DNA of 64,000 nt. Source: Monocercomonoides exilis PA203. Lineage: Eukaryota; Protista; Preaxostyla. How positions within the stretch are numbered: position 1 is the stretch's first letter; the number at the start of each line of letters is the position of its first letter. The notes beneath the pieces were generated by a model. The model had not been told where the DNA came from. It was given only the letters and a program-made list of their open reading frames with translations, and searched no databases. This document shows positions 34,801 through 47,658 of the stretch, one piece after another. The stretch is taken from positions 1 to 64,000 of the forward strand of contig LSRY02000043.1 in NCBI GenBank assembly GCA_001643675.2, given 5' to 3'. Position numbers and translations under genes: made by a program.

Positions 34801-37800
34801 CTCGTCCACTTCATTTAACTTTGTTGCTAATTCAGGTCCTTTGATCAGAAGAAGACAACCTCCACTTTCATTCAACGACTCCACTCGAACATTTAAGAAA
34901 TGACAAGTAATTCCAGTGTCATGAATGGAAAAAATACTGTTTCCAACGTTGCATGATTCAATCGACAAATCATTCACTTCCACACTGTCTCCAATCACGT
35001 CCACAAACACACAATCAAATCCATTGTTCACTCCTGCCTCTGAATTGAATGAGCATCCAGTTATCACCAATTCTCCATTTTTGTTGGAAATAATTGTTTT
35101 GGATGAGTTATCAAATTCAGATGTTAATTGGAGCTGGATATTTGTTAATTCAAGATGAACGTTATTCACCATGAAATATTCCAGTTGACTTCCAATCCCC
35201 TTTTCAAAATTCAATGTTGCTTTTGTTTCTTCATCTCCCATCTTCACATCCTTTTTGATCTGATAATTGGAAACATTGAATGAATCTTGAATAACAGCTG
35301 ATCCTTCAATTTGAATTGTTTTATTTCCAATATCCTTTTTCATGTTTTTCATCCCTTTCCACATCGTGAAACATGGCTCTTCCTCACTTCCACATCTTGC
35401 AACATCAAATCCTTCTGATGAGATAAATATCTCAAAGGAGCTGTATGGAATCAGAAACATAAATAAATCTTTGTTTGAATGATAGCTATCACTTCCAACA
35501 ATCAGAGTTTTATCATCCTTCATTGAGGAATAATCAAACTTGAATGACTCATTTGTCACAGAACTGTTCAAATCCTTTCCCAAAATGAACATATTCTTCC
35601 CTTTCCATACACTGCACAAAGCAAATGTAATGCTCTCCAATGAAAATGTTCCCATTTGATTGACAAATTCAGCAAACATCCCTCCTCCCATTCCTCTCCC
35701 TCCATTCTCAACATCCTCTGATGGCACAATACATTCTGACAAATTCACTCCTTTCACTTTCAATGTTCCTCCGCTTCCAACTGATATCATCATCCCTCCC
35801 CCTTTCATTCCACTTCCACCTGAGCAGGTTGATGAAAAATTGCTTTCTTCAATTTTCACATTCCCATTAACGCCCATCCCAACATTCAAACATCCTCCTC
35901 CTCCATTTCCACCTGCAACTTCCACCTCCACTCCACTCATTCTGCTATTCAAAATCTCCAATTGCACTCCACTTGTCATCGTTATTGGAGATTTCCCATT
36001 CATTGGCAGTGTCACTCCACTTTCCATCACAAATCCATCAACAATCAGATTCCCTCCTGCCATCTCAATGATGCTGTATCCTATCCTTCCATCGGTCAAT
36101 TCCCCACTCTCAGATGAGACAGAACAGTTCTTCACACTGAGTGTTGATGTTGAATGGATGAATGCACTTCTCCTTGATTTCAGCTGACCTTTCACAACAT
36201 ATGAAAGTCTCCTCATTTTCAATGAACTCGAACATCCAACAAGCCAATCTTGAGTGGCTGATCCTCCATCACTCACATTCACTTTCACCATTGTTATCTC
36301 TTCTCCTGTTGTCACTTTCCCCGAAACACTCTCATTGAATGAAGGCCCGATGATTTCATCCTTTATTGATGATTCAGAAGTAACCTCAACTTTTTGGAAG
36401 CCTTTCGGAACTCGAGTGCTCATGCAATAATTGATTGTTTGACACCCAAACCATTCAAATCCACAGTAGTTGTGATCCAATGCCCTCTCTCCGCTCCCAT
36501 CGACAGTCAGCTTCGATTCGATGGTGAGCAAATACACAAACAGTGGAATCACTCCACTTTCATTACCATTTTCACTCCCACTCAGCTTCAGCACATCTGA
36601 TGGAATAACCCTTGTGTCAAAGAATGCAAATGAGCTTGTATTCACTTTTGACTCCAAAAACACTCCACTCCCACAATCAACAAACACATCCTTCCCATAT
36701 GTTGCAACATTCCCATTCACTTTCGAAAACTGAACATTCTGCCCAATTGTCAATCCACATCCCCCACTCTCCATAAACACAAACATCCCTCCTCCTTTCC
36801 CTCCTCTCCTTCAATTATTATCTGCCTTATTCCCATCAATCACACTCGTTCCATTCACAACCACTTTCCCATTTCCCTTCAATCCAACATATATTCCTCC
36901 CCCATTCCCATTCGCACATTCACATCCTTCCATTGTTGTATTCCACACCACAAATGTCTCTCCTTCCATCACGCTCTTTGCCATCACCACCCCATCTCCT
37001 TCAGTCAGATTCACATTTCGAATTGTCACATTTGACAGAAAACTCTCTTCTGATTCAACTTCTCCTGATGATGGTTCTGAGAACAGAGACTGGCTAACTT
37101 TCATAGTTTTGATCTCCACATCAATCATCTTCCGCTGCGTCAGCGCCACTTCAAACACACACTTCGTCATTCCACTCCCTCCTGATTTCGAAGAGTCGAT
37201 CAAAACATCCTCCAGCGAAAGAGTGCCACTCCCCAATGACACCATAAACACACTCGGCGATGAGCTTCTTGTCGAGTTGTGATCGATCCCCATATGTCCC
37301 ACCTCCAGTTGGCCAGTAGATATGCTAAACAGCGTTGTCGAAGATGAAGAAAGAGAACTTGTCCCAACCACGCTCACCGTATTTCCTTTCCCTGTAATTA
37401 TTATCTTCTTTTCCCCAACACTGATCGTTGATCCTTCACTCACATGCTTCCCTCCCAGCACTGTGATCGTTGAGCTCAGCTGCGCAATACTCGACCCCAC
37501 CGCATGCCCCACTGTCTTGCACGGAGCAGACTCGCTTATCCCACAATACAAGTTTGAATCGCTTCCATTCGTTCCCACAATTCTATCCTTCAATCCTTCG
37601 TTGAGCCACCACTTCTTTTGCGTTTGCTGATAAATCCAAGTATCTTCAAATAAATAAACATAGCATATTCTCTTGTCATTTGTATTTGTTGTATATGATT
37701 CATAGAACGGATTTGATGAATTTGATACTTTGTAATAATCTTCGAAATACACATCGTGACCATATGGAGTGGTATTGGTGCATCGACAATCAAGAAAGAA

Positions 37801-39395
37801 AATGAAATAGCAAAAATGGTTATTACTTGGAAGTGTTTGTTGTTTTGGATAAAAATCTAATCCTCCACCATATGAATTTGCTGTGCAAAAAATATACTGG
37901 ATTCTCCTCATTTCAAATGACGAAGGAATGCCAAAGCAATACATCCCTCCGCCCCATGAATTAGTAATTGAACATGAAGTAAAATTGCAGTCAAAGATGA
38001 ACGCATTTTCTTCTTCTTCATTCTCGACTTCGATACATTCAGATCCTAAAGCATTGAAAGAATGAAGAAAGAGACCTCCTCCGTCATAGCTTGCCTCACA
38101 TTTTTGGAATTGACATCTGATGATTCGAGCGCATTTTGAAATCTGATAAATAAACATACCCCCTCCATATTGATTTTGTGCGATGCATGTGTTAAACAAA
38201 TTATTTTCAAAAAATACAGATTTAATAGAAAAGCACATAATCCCTCCACCACACCAATATGACGAGCAGTTGCTAAATTTGCAATGAGTAACTGATAGTT
38301 CGCTATTTCTTAAATTGTTCATGCATATTGCTCCACCACTCGATATTCCATCTTCCCAAGAATTGTTAGTTCCTGTTGTCTTTGATCCGTTCCACTCGCT
38401 CCAAGTAAAAATATTTGCACAATCAGCTGTAATTCTCTGTCTCGTTGGCTTTAATGGATTTCTTTCACTTCCAGAATATGCAATATTTCTTGTCCTGCAA
38501 CATCCAATAAACGAGATGTTTGAAGCAGTCAAAGAGGTAAAGGGATTATTGAAAGAGGGTATTATTCCGTCATCGCATGCATCGCAGACAGATGAAAACG
38601 AGCATCCATTCATTAATATTGCATTTCTGCTCTTGCAAATTAAATGAGAGGATTGAAATGAATGAATTGATGAAATGTTTGCGAACAAAGAATATTCCAA
38701 GAAAATGAAACTGCTTCCAACGCACCCCACAAACGGACAAGCAGCAACGCCCAACGAAGAAAACGCGCAAAACGCAACAAAAATGGTTGTTTCGGGCGCA
38801 GAGTGAAATGGAGGTTGACACGCCTCAACAAGCGAACCCACAAAGCCATTTGGCAAAGACGGAAGCACACTGAAGTTGCAAAGGATAATCTGGTTGCTGT
38901 CAGCTGCAGAAGGTGTTGGAGATGAAATTATAAACCCTGTGCGAGAAGATACGAGCAAGCACGACCAAACAGCCAAGGACAATAAACTCCCAACTTCGCA
39001 AATGTGTTTCTGAAAAATCGGCTCAAAATTTAGGCTTCGCAATTACAGGCTTGTATTCGCTTCAATAATAACTGTGCATAATTTATTGGCACCAATTTTG
39101 TATTTCGATGCATAAAATCCTTTCAAAGAATCTGTCGTTGAGTATTTTCGAAGGCTGAAATAAGAGTTGTAAAATACACGAAGCAAGCTAAATTAAATAA
39201 AGTATCGCTTGCAACAAACTTTTTGCTTTTTGTAAGAATAATCTCGTTTAATGTACCATCAGAATAACTCATATATATGAAGTTATGATTCTCTTTGCTG
39301 AAATCAGTAAGCATTTCTTTCATAAATGAATCGCTTGTTTCATTGTATTGCGCATATATAATTGCCATCATATATAAATATCTAATTTTCATTAA
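31888..39395 (-). pseudogene. Paralog of the beta-helix surface receptor, TM plus charged tail (no kinase), disrupted by in-frame stops
   Basis: ORFs 36811-39042, 34798-36786, 33958-34797 and 31888-33927 are in one frame, separated by single stops (TGA 36811, TAA 34798, TAA 33958; another TAA at ~39043). There is a probable frameshift near 39190. Shares CKWDGSLV, NNPSIEGYPSLRRNIICS, SLKGGDG and EIEQKGDERIVE with 6108-13952. Confidence 0.85.
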
Positions 39396-39814
39396 ATATG
39401 TATTTACTGAATAAAATCGAAAATACAATTATTATCTTTTTTATAATATTTTTCACTTTGATCAAAATTTTCATTTTTTGTTCGTTTTTTTTAAATTTTT
39501 ATTAAAATAAATTGTTATTATGTTATATTAAAAATCAAATTACTGGGATAAAGAAAGACTTTATATTTTGAAATATTATTGTAAAGATTAAAATCACAAA
39601 AAATTCTGGAAAAAAACTTTAGGGTGATTTATAAACCCGAACATTTTCATAAACCCGGTTATTTTTTTTTGTTCATTGAAACAGAATAAATACAACATAG
39701 AAATATAAAAAGCAAACTTTCACAAGTTTAATTTTCTATTTTACGACAGAACAAATAATTTTTTGTTTCAACTTTAGTTTTTGATGATCAAAGGAATTTA
39801 AAATTTATTTTTGA

Positions 39815-40088
39815 TCATTAGGAGGAAAACATGAAACTTCAAGCTTTTTCAAAGAAAAAATTTGCAATCTTTATTGACTTTTTGCGATAAAAAACATGAA
39901 TGAAATGGGTTCATTTTTTTAATACTTGTGATGTCACAAAACATAATATTATGATATCAATGATACAAGTTTACAGATATGAGAATCTTATTTATTCTGA
40001 AATCTGAGAAAGTTAAGTAAAGATATGAGTGAGGCAATTTTTTTGTTCTTTGTGAAAAAAAGCTTGAAAGTTCATATTTTCCCCCATT
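39815..40088. repeat. Single-arm copy of the 29821-30374 palindrome family
   Basis: Colinear similarity (TTGACTTTTTGCGATAAAAAAC...TGTCACAAAAC...AAAAAGCTTGAAAGTTCATATTTTCCCCCATTT) that ends at the position matching the palindrome apex. Confidence 0.7.
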
Positions 40089-40151
40089 TATTTTGCTCGT
40101 TTTGAATCAACTCTCAGTTTTTGTTTGTTTTTAATTACAAGGTTAGAAATA

Positions 40152-40623
40152 TACATAATAAAGTTTAATTATTCGAAATGTTTTATGTTTTTATTCTTTT
40201 TTTCTGTTGTTTTTCTCATTTCATCATTTTTGTCAAAAAATTTGAAAATATGAAAATATCTATGGTTTTATTTGATATACAAATTTATATGTTACAATAA
40301 CGAATAAATAAGATAATAATGCATTGGTATTCTTAATGATTAGTCATTTTAAATTTTGTTTAATATAAAATAAGCATATTTATCATTTTCAAAAATTGAT
40401 GTGTTTATTTTTGAGCAACAACATTTCACAAAATTCTAACATGGTAATTGCTTTGTGAAAATATTTTTCTTTTCATGCACATCACTTAAAATATCGAAAA
40501 AATATTGTGCAGCTCATAATTTTCATATTTTCATATTTTTTGTCAAAAATAATGAAATGAGAAAATTAATAGAAAAAATGGATAAAAACATAAAACATTT
40601 CGAATAAAAAAACTTCATTATGT
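40152..40623. mobile_element. Fold-back/MITE-like element with ~110-bp inverted arms
   Basis: ACATAATAAAGTTT..TATTCGAAATGTTTTATGTTTTTAT...GAAAATATGAAAAT versus ATTTTCATATTTTC...ATAAAAACATAAAACATTTCGAATA..AAACTTCATTATGT. Confidence 0.75.
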
Positions 40624-40958
40624 CTGTGCGTGATAATTTTTGAAATCATATTATTTCATTTAACAATATCTGAGCAAAAATATTTTGAGAATATCAATTA
40701 AAAATATATTTGAAAAGTGATAAGGCTTATTGAAGACATTACAATCTTTTATTCGGTAAAAATATTTGTTTTTTAAAACAATTATCATGCTTTTTCTCTT
40801 TTGAATAAACATTTTCTTTCAAAAAACAAACAATCTTAGAAAAATCTACACCCCGAAAAAAGAAATGATTACAAAAATTATCTCCAACATATTTGATAAT
40901 ACTTCAACAACAAAGATTATCACATTAAATAGAAAATGAGTGAGAAGAAACAGGGATT

Positions 40959-41364
40959 TTGTTAGTGTTAATAATGGTGGACACTTTCTAAAACTGTGGA
41001 CAGTTGCATTTTCTCAATTACCATTGATAGTCGAATTGAGATAAAAAACTCAACTATTCCCTCATTGAATGTGAACTTATTTGAATTGTTTAAATCACGC
41101 ATCCAACACAGTGATATTTTATTATAATTATTTTTTATTTTCGGAGAAACTCGTAAAATCTTGTTTCTCCGAGTTTCTCCGAAAATTTAAAATGTCTCTT
41201 TCTTTATTCTTGTGAATGAGTTGTTTCATTTTTATATGATTTATTAGTTTGTATTCATTGAAGGAATAATTGGGTTCGTTGTCAAAATACAACTTTCAAC
41301 AGTTGTTGAGAAAAGGCTTCTGTTCATTGTTATTGAAAGTGTCCACCATTATTAACACTAACAA
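40959..41364. mobile_element. ~405-bp palindromic MITE with perfect 30-bp terminal inverted repeats
   Basis: TTGTTAGTGTTAATAATGGTGGACACTTTC ... GAAAGTGTCCACCATTATTAACACTAACAA. Arms stay imperfectly complementary to a central hairpin CGGAGAAACTCG...CGAGTTTCTCCG. Confidence 0.85.
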
Positions 41365-41501
41365 TAAACGTTTAAGATATATGTTCAATAAATAGGTGAT
41401 TATTTTTGGAATCATAATTTTTCTTTCAATCTTTTCGAACCGAAAAATACCTTTGAACATTAACAAATAAACATTGAAAAAAGAAATGACTTATCGAAGA
41501 C

Positions 41502-42067
41502 ATGGGTGATTATTTTTGAAATCATATTATTTCATACATAATTTTCGGTTCGAAAATTAATCTTGAATATTTACAAAAAAATACTGAAGAGTGAAAAAAC
41601 TTTTTAAATAAATTTTTATCTTTTATTTAAATAAAACGTTTGTGTCAAAAAAACAATTATTGTGCTTATTTTCTTTTGAATAAAAAATAACTTTCTAAAA
41701 ATAAACAATCTTTGCAGAATTAACACCCCGAAAAAATATTTGATTTCAAAAATAAACATCCACATCTCCATCTTTATTTTTGCAAAGACATTTGTTGAAG
41801 AAACAACTGGAAAGTGTTTTGCATTTGTCAAAATTTTTTTGAAAATTTCCTTTTGTTTAATTTTCAAATAAAGAAAAAATTTCAAATTTCGATCAAATTA
41901 CAGTTCTCGCTCACCAAATTTCGCTGCCATGAAAATAAAATCTACACAATGTTATTATTTCCATTCAAGAAAAGTTTCGTGAGTGGGAACAGAAATTTGA
42001 TGGAAATATGAAATTTTTATTTTTTTGAAAATTAAACAAATGGAACTTTTCAAAAAGAATCACCCAT
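41502..42067. mobile_element. MITE-like element, TIR ATGGGTGATT(A/C)TTTTTGAAA, with internal palindrome 41830-42058
   Basis: ATGGGTGATTATTTTTGAAA ... TTTCAAAAAGAATCACCCAT. Related left-end copies at ~40626-40900 and ~41393. Confidence 0.7.
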
Positions 42068-42408
42068 ATTTCTAAAATAACGAAAAACTTATTGGTGATG
42101 AAAGAACCTGAAATTTTGATAATTGTTAAACAGACGAAAATTAATTAGAAAAAGTGAGCTCATATTCAATAATAAAAGTCACAAAGAAAAATTCAATTTA
42201 TCAGTCACGAATAAAAAGGATATGACTTGTCACTTGCAGCATGACGAGGAAAATGAAATGAAAAAACGAAAAAAAATACTAAGTGAGAAACAAAAACTTT
42301 TTAATTGATTTGAGTGTCAAGACTTGCCCTGAAACATTTTTTGAAACTGAAATGAAACGTGAAAAAAATGCATAATAATAATGAATGGATGAGATCAATT
42401 GTGACATA

Positions 42409-43312
42409 TGGGTGATTGTTTATGAAATCAAAACTTTTTTCGATGTGTTGATTTTTCAAAGACTGCTTGTCATTGGTTAGAGATTTTGAATCCGAATGCT
42501 AAATGCATTTCAACTGTTTCAATAACAAATGTTTTCGCGATAATATGTCGAATTTTTTTTGAAAAGTTACTTTTGTTTTATTTTCTGGTTTTTGAGAAAA
42601 CAAAATATTTTCATTATATTTTCATTCCAACTCACCTAAATTTATAAGATTGTGAATAATAACATTAACAAGCATTAATCCACATGCTGATGAATTTTGG
42701 TGAGTTGGAAGGAAATTTTGATAAAAACATTCATTTTTCATTTTTCCTGAAAATTAAACAAAAGGAACTTTTCAAAAAAATTAAGACATATAGATAATTA
42801 TGTTTTTTAATATATCTTTTCTCTTTTCAGTATTCATTTGACAACATTAAAGAAAAATTTTCGATCCGAAATTTTTGAATGATAAAATACAGTTTGCGAA
42901 AAAAAATCCCGACATCGCAAAAAATACCGGATAAGATCAATTTCACAATAACCGTTAGAGTAATAATTCTGACAATTTTCCTCAAAATATATCTCACCAA
43001 TACAAACTCATTCAATATACAAAACTTCCAAAACTTCCTCGTTTGTGCTCAGAAAAAAATTGTTTATAAAATCTCAGAGAAACTCAAAATCCTATTTCTC
43101 CGAGATTTCAAAAATTAATTTTAACTGAGCACAAATGAGGATATTTTGAATGTTTTATATTTCAAATGAGTTTGCATTGACGAGATATATTTTGTGAAAA
43201 ATAGTCAGAATTATTCCTCTTGCGGTTATTGAGAAATCGATCTTGTCCGGTATTTTTTGCGATGTCCGGGATTTTTTTTCGCAAACTGTATGTTTTCAAA
43301 AATAATCACCCA
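42409..43312. mobile_element. Element of the TGGGTGATT family flanked by TA, hosting a nested MITE and an internal palindrome (~42550-42782)
   Basis: TA|TGGGTGATTGTTTATGAAA ... TTTCAAAAATAATCACCCA|TA. Internal TTCCAACTCACC...GGTGAGTTGGAA arms. Confidence 0.7.
42890..43288 (+). mobile_element. ~400-bp palindromic MITE, TA|CAG...CTG|TA (Tc1/mariner-type ends), copy 1
   Basis: CAGTTTGCGAAAAAAAATCCCGACATCGCAAAAAATACCGGA ... TCCGGTATTTTTTGCGATGTCCGGGATTTTTTTTCGCAAACTG, flanked by TA. A homologous inverted copy is at 55483-55876. Confidence 0.88.
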
Positions 43313-43602
43313 TATATTACTCAATAATACAAAAAACAATTCAATTATAATGAAAATCATATAACAGATTTCTTTTATTATTTATTCACAAAAATATTTA
43401 TTTTATTATTTATACCAAACAAACTTAAGCAACAAAATAAATATTCAAATTTTTTCTCTTTTGAAAATAATATTTATGTACTAGAAAAAACTGCTAAATG
43501 ATAAATAACTAGGTTGAAAAATATCACGATCATCGAAACAAAAGCGTAATTTTGATCCATCATATTATTCAATATTTCTTTTCGAAAGGGTGCTGATTTG
43601 TT

Positions 43603-46412
43603 ATGTTCGCTGTTGCAACTATTTTTAAAGGTATGCTATAAAAGATTTTTTATCATAAATTATTGTTTAATTAAACAGAGCTTGGGGAAAAGGAAAATTC
43701 TTTGGTTGAAACAAATGGAAAAGTTGACATTCCTGCAAATCACAAAAAATGCAATGACATATATTGCTTAATTGCTTTCGGAGTTGTTGTATTGCTTTGG
43801 TTAATTTTATTCATATATTCATGTGCAGCTGCAAAGTTGTATATGTTTCTAAATCCGCAGGCATCAGAGTTTGTAAATATCGTAATTTGAAACATTTTCA
43901 CAAATTTATTAACGCACAACAAACATTTAGGGGAGTTTATTGTGGAGTGAAGACAAACGTCAGCGATCAACGGAAAAATACAAACTTATTCGTATATCGA
44001 TCTGAACAGTGGTGTGTTAAGTCTTGCCCCTCGAATAATGAACGATGCATGTGCAAGGGAGAAAATCCAAGCTCTTTAAACTCAAGTGAATGCGGAAGAA
44101 AAGGGTGCTATTACGTTTCATACGATTATTCTCCTGTGAATAAAGTGTGTATTGCGAAAGAATCAAGCGATACAGTTACAGAATTTGTCAATAGCTTCAT
44201 GGGTAGCTTTATAAGTGGTATATGGATGATAGTTGCAATCGCATTCATAGCAATTGCTCTTTGCGCAATCTGGATCGCTTTTATGGCATGTTGTGCACGT
44301 GGAATGGTTTGGTGTTGCCTTATCGGATCAGTTGTTGCTGTAGCAGTTGTAGGTCTTGCACTTTTCATCGTTGGAGTTATGTTTTTAATTGGTGCAATGG
44401 ATTCTGCAATGGATGGTTCTAACAACAACAAAACAAATTCAGCCGAGAATTTTTCAGGATCCACACAAATTCTTCCAGCAGTGATTTACAAAAACAATGG
44501 AGCGAGTCTATTATCTCTTCCTTCGGTACATGTGTACTCGATTCCTCAGATAACTAATGATACAAAATCTGAATCCAGATCCGAATTTGCTGAACATGTT
44601 ATTGCTTATTATGATCCTTATTATGATCCATACTACAATAATAACACGAATAACAATAGCACAAGTCGAACAAGCAAAAAACAACCAACTATTGGATCTA
44701 TTGTAGGTCCTGTATTGATGGTAGTAGGTGCGATCGTCTTATTGTCAATGTGTTGCTGTTCATGCTGCATGTACTGCGCTCGTGAGCGTATTGAGCTTGC
44801 TGCTCGTCTCACTGCAGAAACATCTTATGCAATTCGAACTAATCCTCTGCTGCCGGTCATAACCACTCTTGTTTCAATACTGACATTTGGGGTGTCAATT
44901 TTGTTTGTGCTTGGCATTTTATGCCTTGTGACTAGCTATCCGGTCAGAACTGTGAATGGAGTTCCTTTTATTGATGTTCCTGGCTACTCTGCCATCTGGT
45001 ACATCTTTTCTCTTTTTGGGTTTATTTGGATGGTAATGTTTTTGTCTGGAATAAACGAAATGACGATCGGAGGAACTATTGCGACATGGTACTTTTCCAG
45101 AGACAAAGCTAAAGTCTCTTGCTTCGAAACATTTAAAGCATTCTGGCGCACAATTCGCTACAGCCCAGGCAGCGTGGCATTCGGATCAGGATTAATTGCG
45201 CTGTGCGCTGTGCTGAGGATGCTGCAAGAGCAGGCGGCCAGCGTGTGCAAACAGGGCGGGTCTCCGCTGGTGCTGCTGTGCTGCTTGATTGATTGCATCC
45301 TGAGCTGCATTATGCAGTTCCTTGAGTACATCAACTCACAGGCTTATGTCATCATCTCGATCAAAGGAACTCCCTTTTTCGAAACAGGGAAGCAGTCAAT
45401 TTTGCTAATGATCAGAAACATCTTCAGATCAGCTGTTCTCAATTCTGTTATTCCGCTGGTGATGGGCATTGCAGAGACGCTTATCGTTCTTTTGAGTCTG
45501 TTTATTCTGTTTTTGATGGCCCGTCCGATGTGGTTTGGGTTAATGACACAGGAATATGCGATTGCGGCAGGGAAATTCACAGAGCTTGGGTGGATCTTGA
45601 ACGTGGTGATCGGACTTTTTGTGATTGTGTTTGTGGTGAGCACGATATTTGACACATACACGTTTGCCATTACGTCGATGTTCATTAGCTTCCTTCTGGA
45701 CGAGGAGATGGCCATTACAACTCCAACATGGGAGAAGTTTGGAAGCAAAAAGCTGCTGAAGCACATGGACGAGGCAGCAAGAAAGGGATATGAAAAGGCA
45801 TTGAAATACAAAGAGAAAGACGAATCGTTCGACATGAGCTATTGGAGCGTACCTGTTAAAGACGAGGGAGATGCAGAAGCTGCACCGCCTAATTCACTTC
45901 CTGCTCAGATTCAGCAACAACCGTATGTACCACCTCCTCAGCAGCCTTATCCCCAACAACCATATTCTCAACAACCATACCCCCAGCAGCCATATGCTCA
46001 GCCACCGCAACAGCCATATCCTCAACAGTATTACCCTCAACAACCGTATCCACAACAACCATATCCTCAACAACCATATGCCCAACCACCAATGGCTGGA
46101 AACTTAGTACCAATGCAGCCCATGCAGCCAATGCCAGAAGCGCCTCAAATGCAAACACTGTCGAATGACAAGGAGCAGCTCGAGGCTGAGATCAGTACGC
46201 CTGCTGCTCTTCCTGTTCATGTCCCTCCTCCACCTCCAAAGAGGGTTAAAAAGATAGAAGTTGATAGCGAGTCTTCAGGCAGCGATAGCGAATCTACTGA
46301 AAGCAGTAGCGATTCTAACGAAAGTAGTAGCGACTCATCAGAGGATGATCGATCGAATCGCAAGGGCAAAAAGACACGTCCGCAACCCAAGAGCAAAAAA
46401 GGGAGAAGATAA
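43603..46412 (+). CDS. Choline transporter-like (SLC44/CTL/Pns1) protein with PQQPY-repeat, Ser/acidic and basic C-terminal tail
   Basis: Two predicted GT-AG introns (~43631-43698, ~43869-43930) give MFAVATIFKELGEK...KKCNDIYCL...ASEGVYCG. Also IATWYF, RYSPGSVAFGSGLIA, FLEYINSQAYV and G.PFF motifs, and about 10 TM helices. Confidence 0.9.
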
Positions 46413-47658
46413 AGATACGATTGAAAAAGAAAGAGAGAGAAGTTATTTTGGAGTATTTCTTTATCTTTTTTTCAAGGATTTTATTTACAAATATATCATT
46501 AAACTTGTGTATTATTGACTTTCAATAATTTTTAAGCTTTTTCACAAGATATGATTTTATTAAATTTTGTTTTTTTTATTTTTATTTTTTTCTGTCTTTC
46601 ATTATTTTGAACGAATTATTTTTATGAAATTGCACATTTTGATGTGATTTCTATATGTGTTGGAATTTAATTTTTTGTGTTTGTTTTTAAGATTTCGATA
46701 TTATAACAGCTTTACTATGTGTTCTTTATTCTAAATTTGTATTGTCAAAATTTCTTTTCTATTCTTTCCTTTTTTAATTTTTTATTGAATTTTTGGATAC
46801 TGTTTCCTTATTGGAAATGATAAATGTGACTTTTCAATATTTTTTAAAAAAAAATATGTATTTTCCCCTGAAGTCTTTTTACTTAATTAAATATTATTTG
46901 ATGTGAATAAAGACAAAATTTGCCTCGTTAAATGGAATTGTTTCAAAAACAATTCATTATTTGAATATATCGAATGAACAGTCTTTGATATCCAATTAAA
47001 AGGGAAAAAAAGAAGGAAAGAAAAAAGAACTTTTTCATAACACTGTAAAATTATTTATTAATGATTGGAGTCTTTTAAGAAGTTTGCAAAGTGGAGAAAA
47101 AACACCAAGAATCAAAATTGTGAAAAGGGACAATCAAAGAACGATTAAAAAAGATAAAATAGTATTTTCAAACGTGAAAAAAACTCGTATAAATTAGGAT
47201 AGCGTTCGAAAGCACAGTAATTAGAAATTCATTTAATAATAATTTTTAAATAAAAAAAAAATTATTAAACTAAATTATAATATAAATTATAATATTTTTT
47301 AGAAACAACTGTAATAAAACGTTTATTTTTTTAAAATCCTTTTTGATAAATTCACCAACATGTCTTGAGAATGAACTTCACTTTCACAATTCACAATTTT
47401 CCAAAAAGTCGTTTAATTTCACATCAATGGTTTAACTTTGATCAAACAGTTGGAAAAAAAATGAAAATTGTTTTTATAAAAAGTAACATTGTTTGGAATA
47501 ACAAATTAATTCAAAAATACTTAATTGTACACAAGAGATGTGAAAGTTGTTGAATTGAAAAAATTATGACAATCAAAATATTGTTTAAAATATAACTTTG
47601 TAATAGTGAAAAAAAGGACATTTATCGGGAAAATGAAGATTCAATGAAATAAATTTAT

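Noticed and set aside
31888-39045. Stop-codon reassignment or read-through in the broken receptor gene
   Set aside because: Stops are of mixed type and contexts suggest single substitutions (HES*ISP from TTA, NN*RRG from GGA). Intact genes in the window end in TAA, TAG and TGA, and a 2614-aa paralog is open in the standard code.
42879-43118. Similar short ORFs at 42879-43118 (+) and 55630-55920 (-) as a small protein family
   Set aside because: The similarity is a by-product of two copies of the same palindromic MITE, and the frames diverge at the 3' end.
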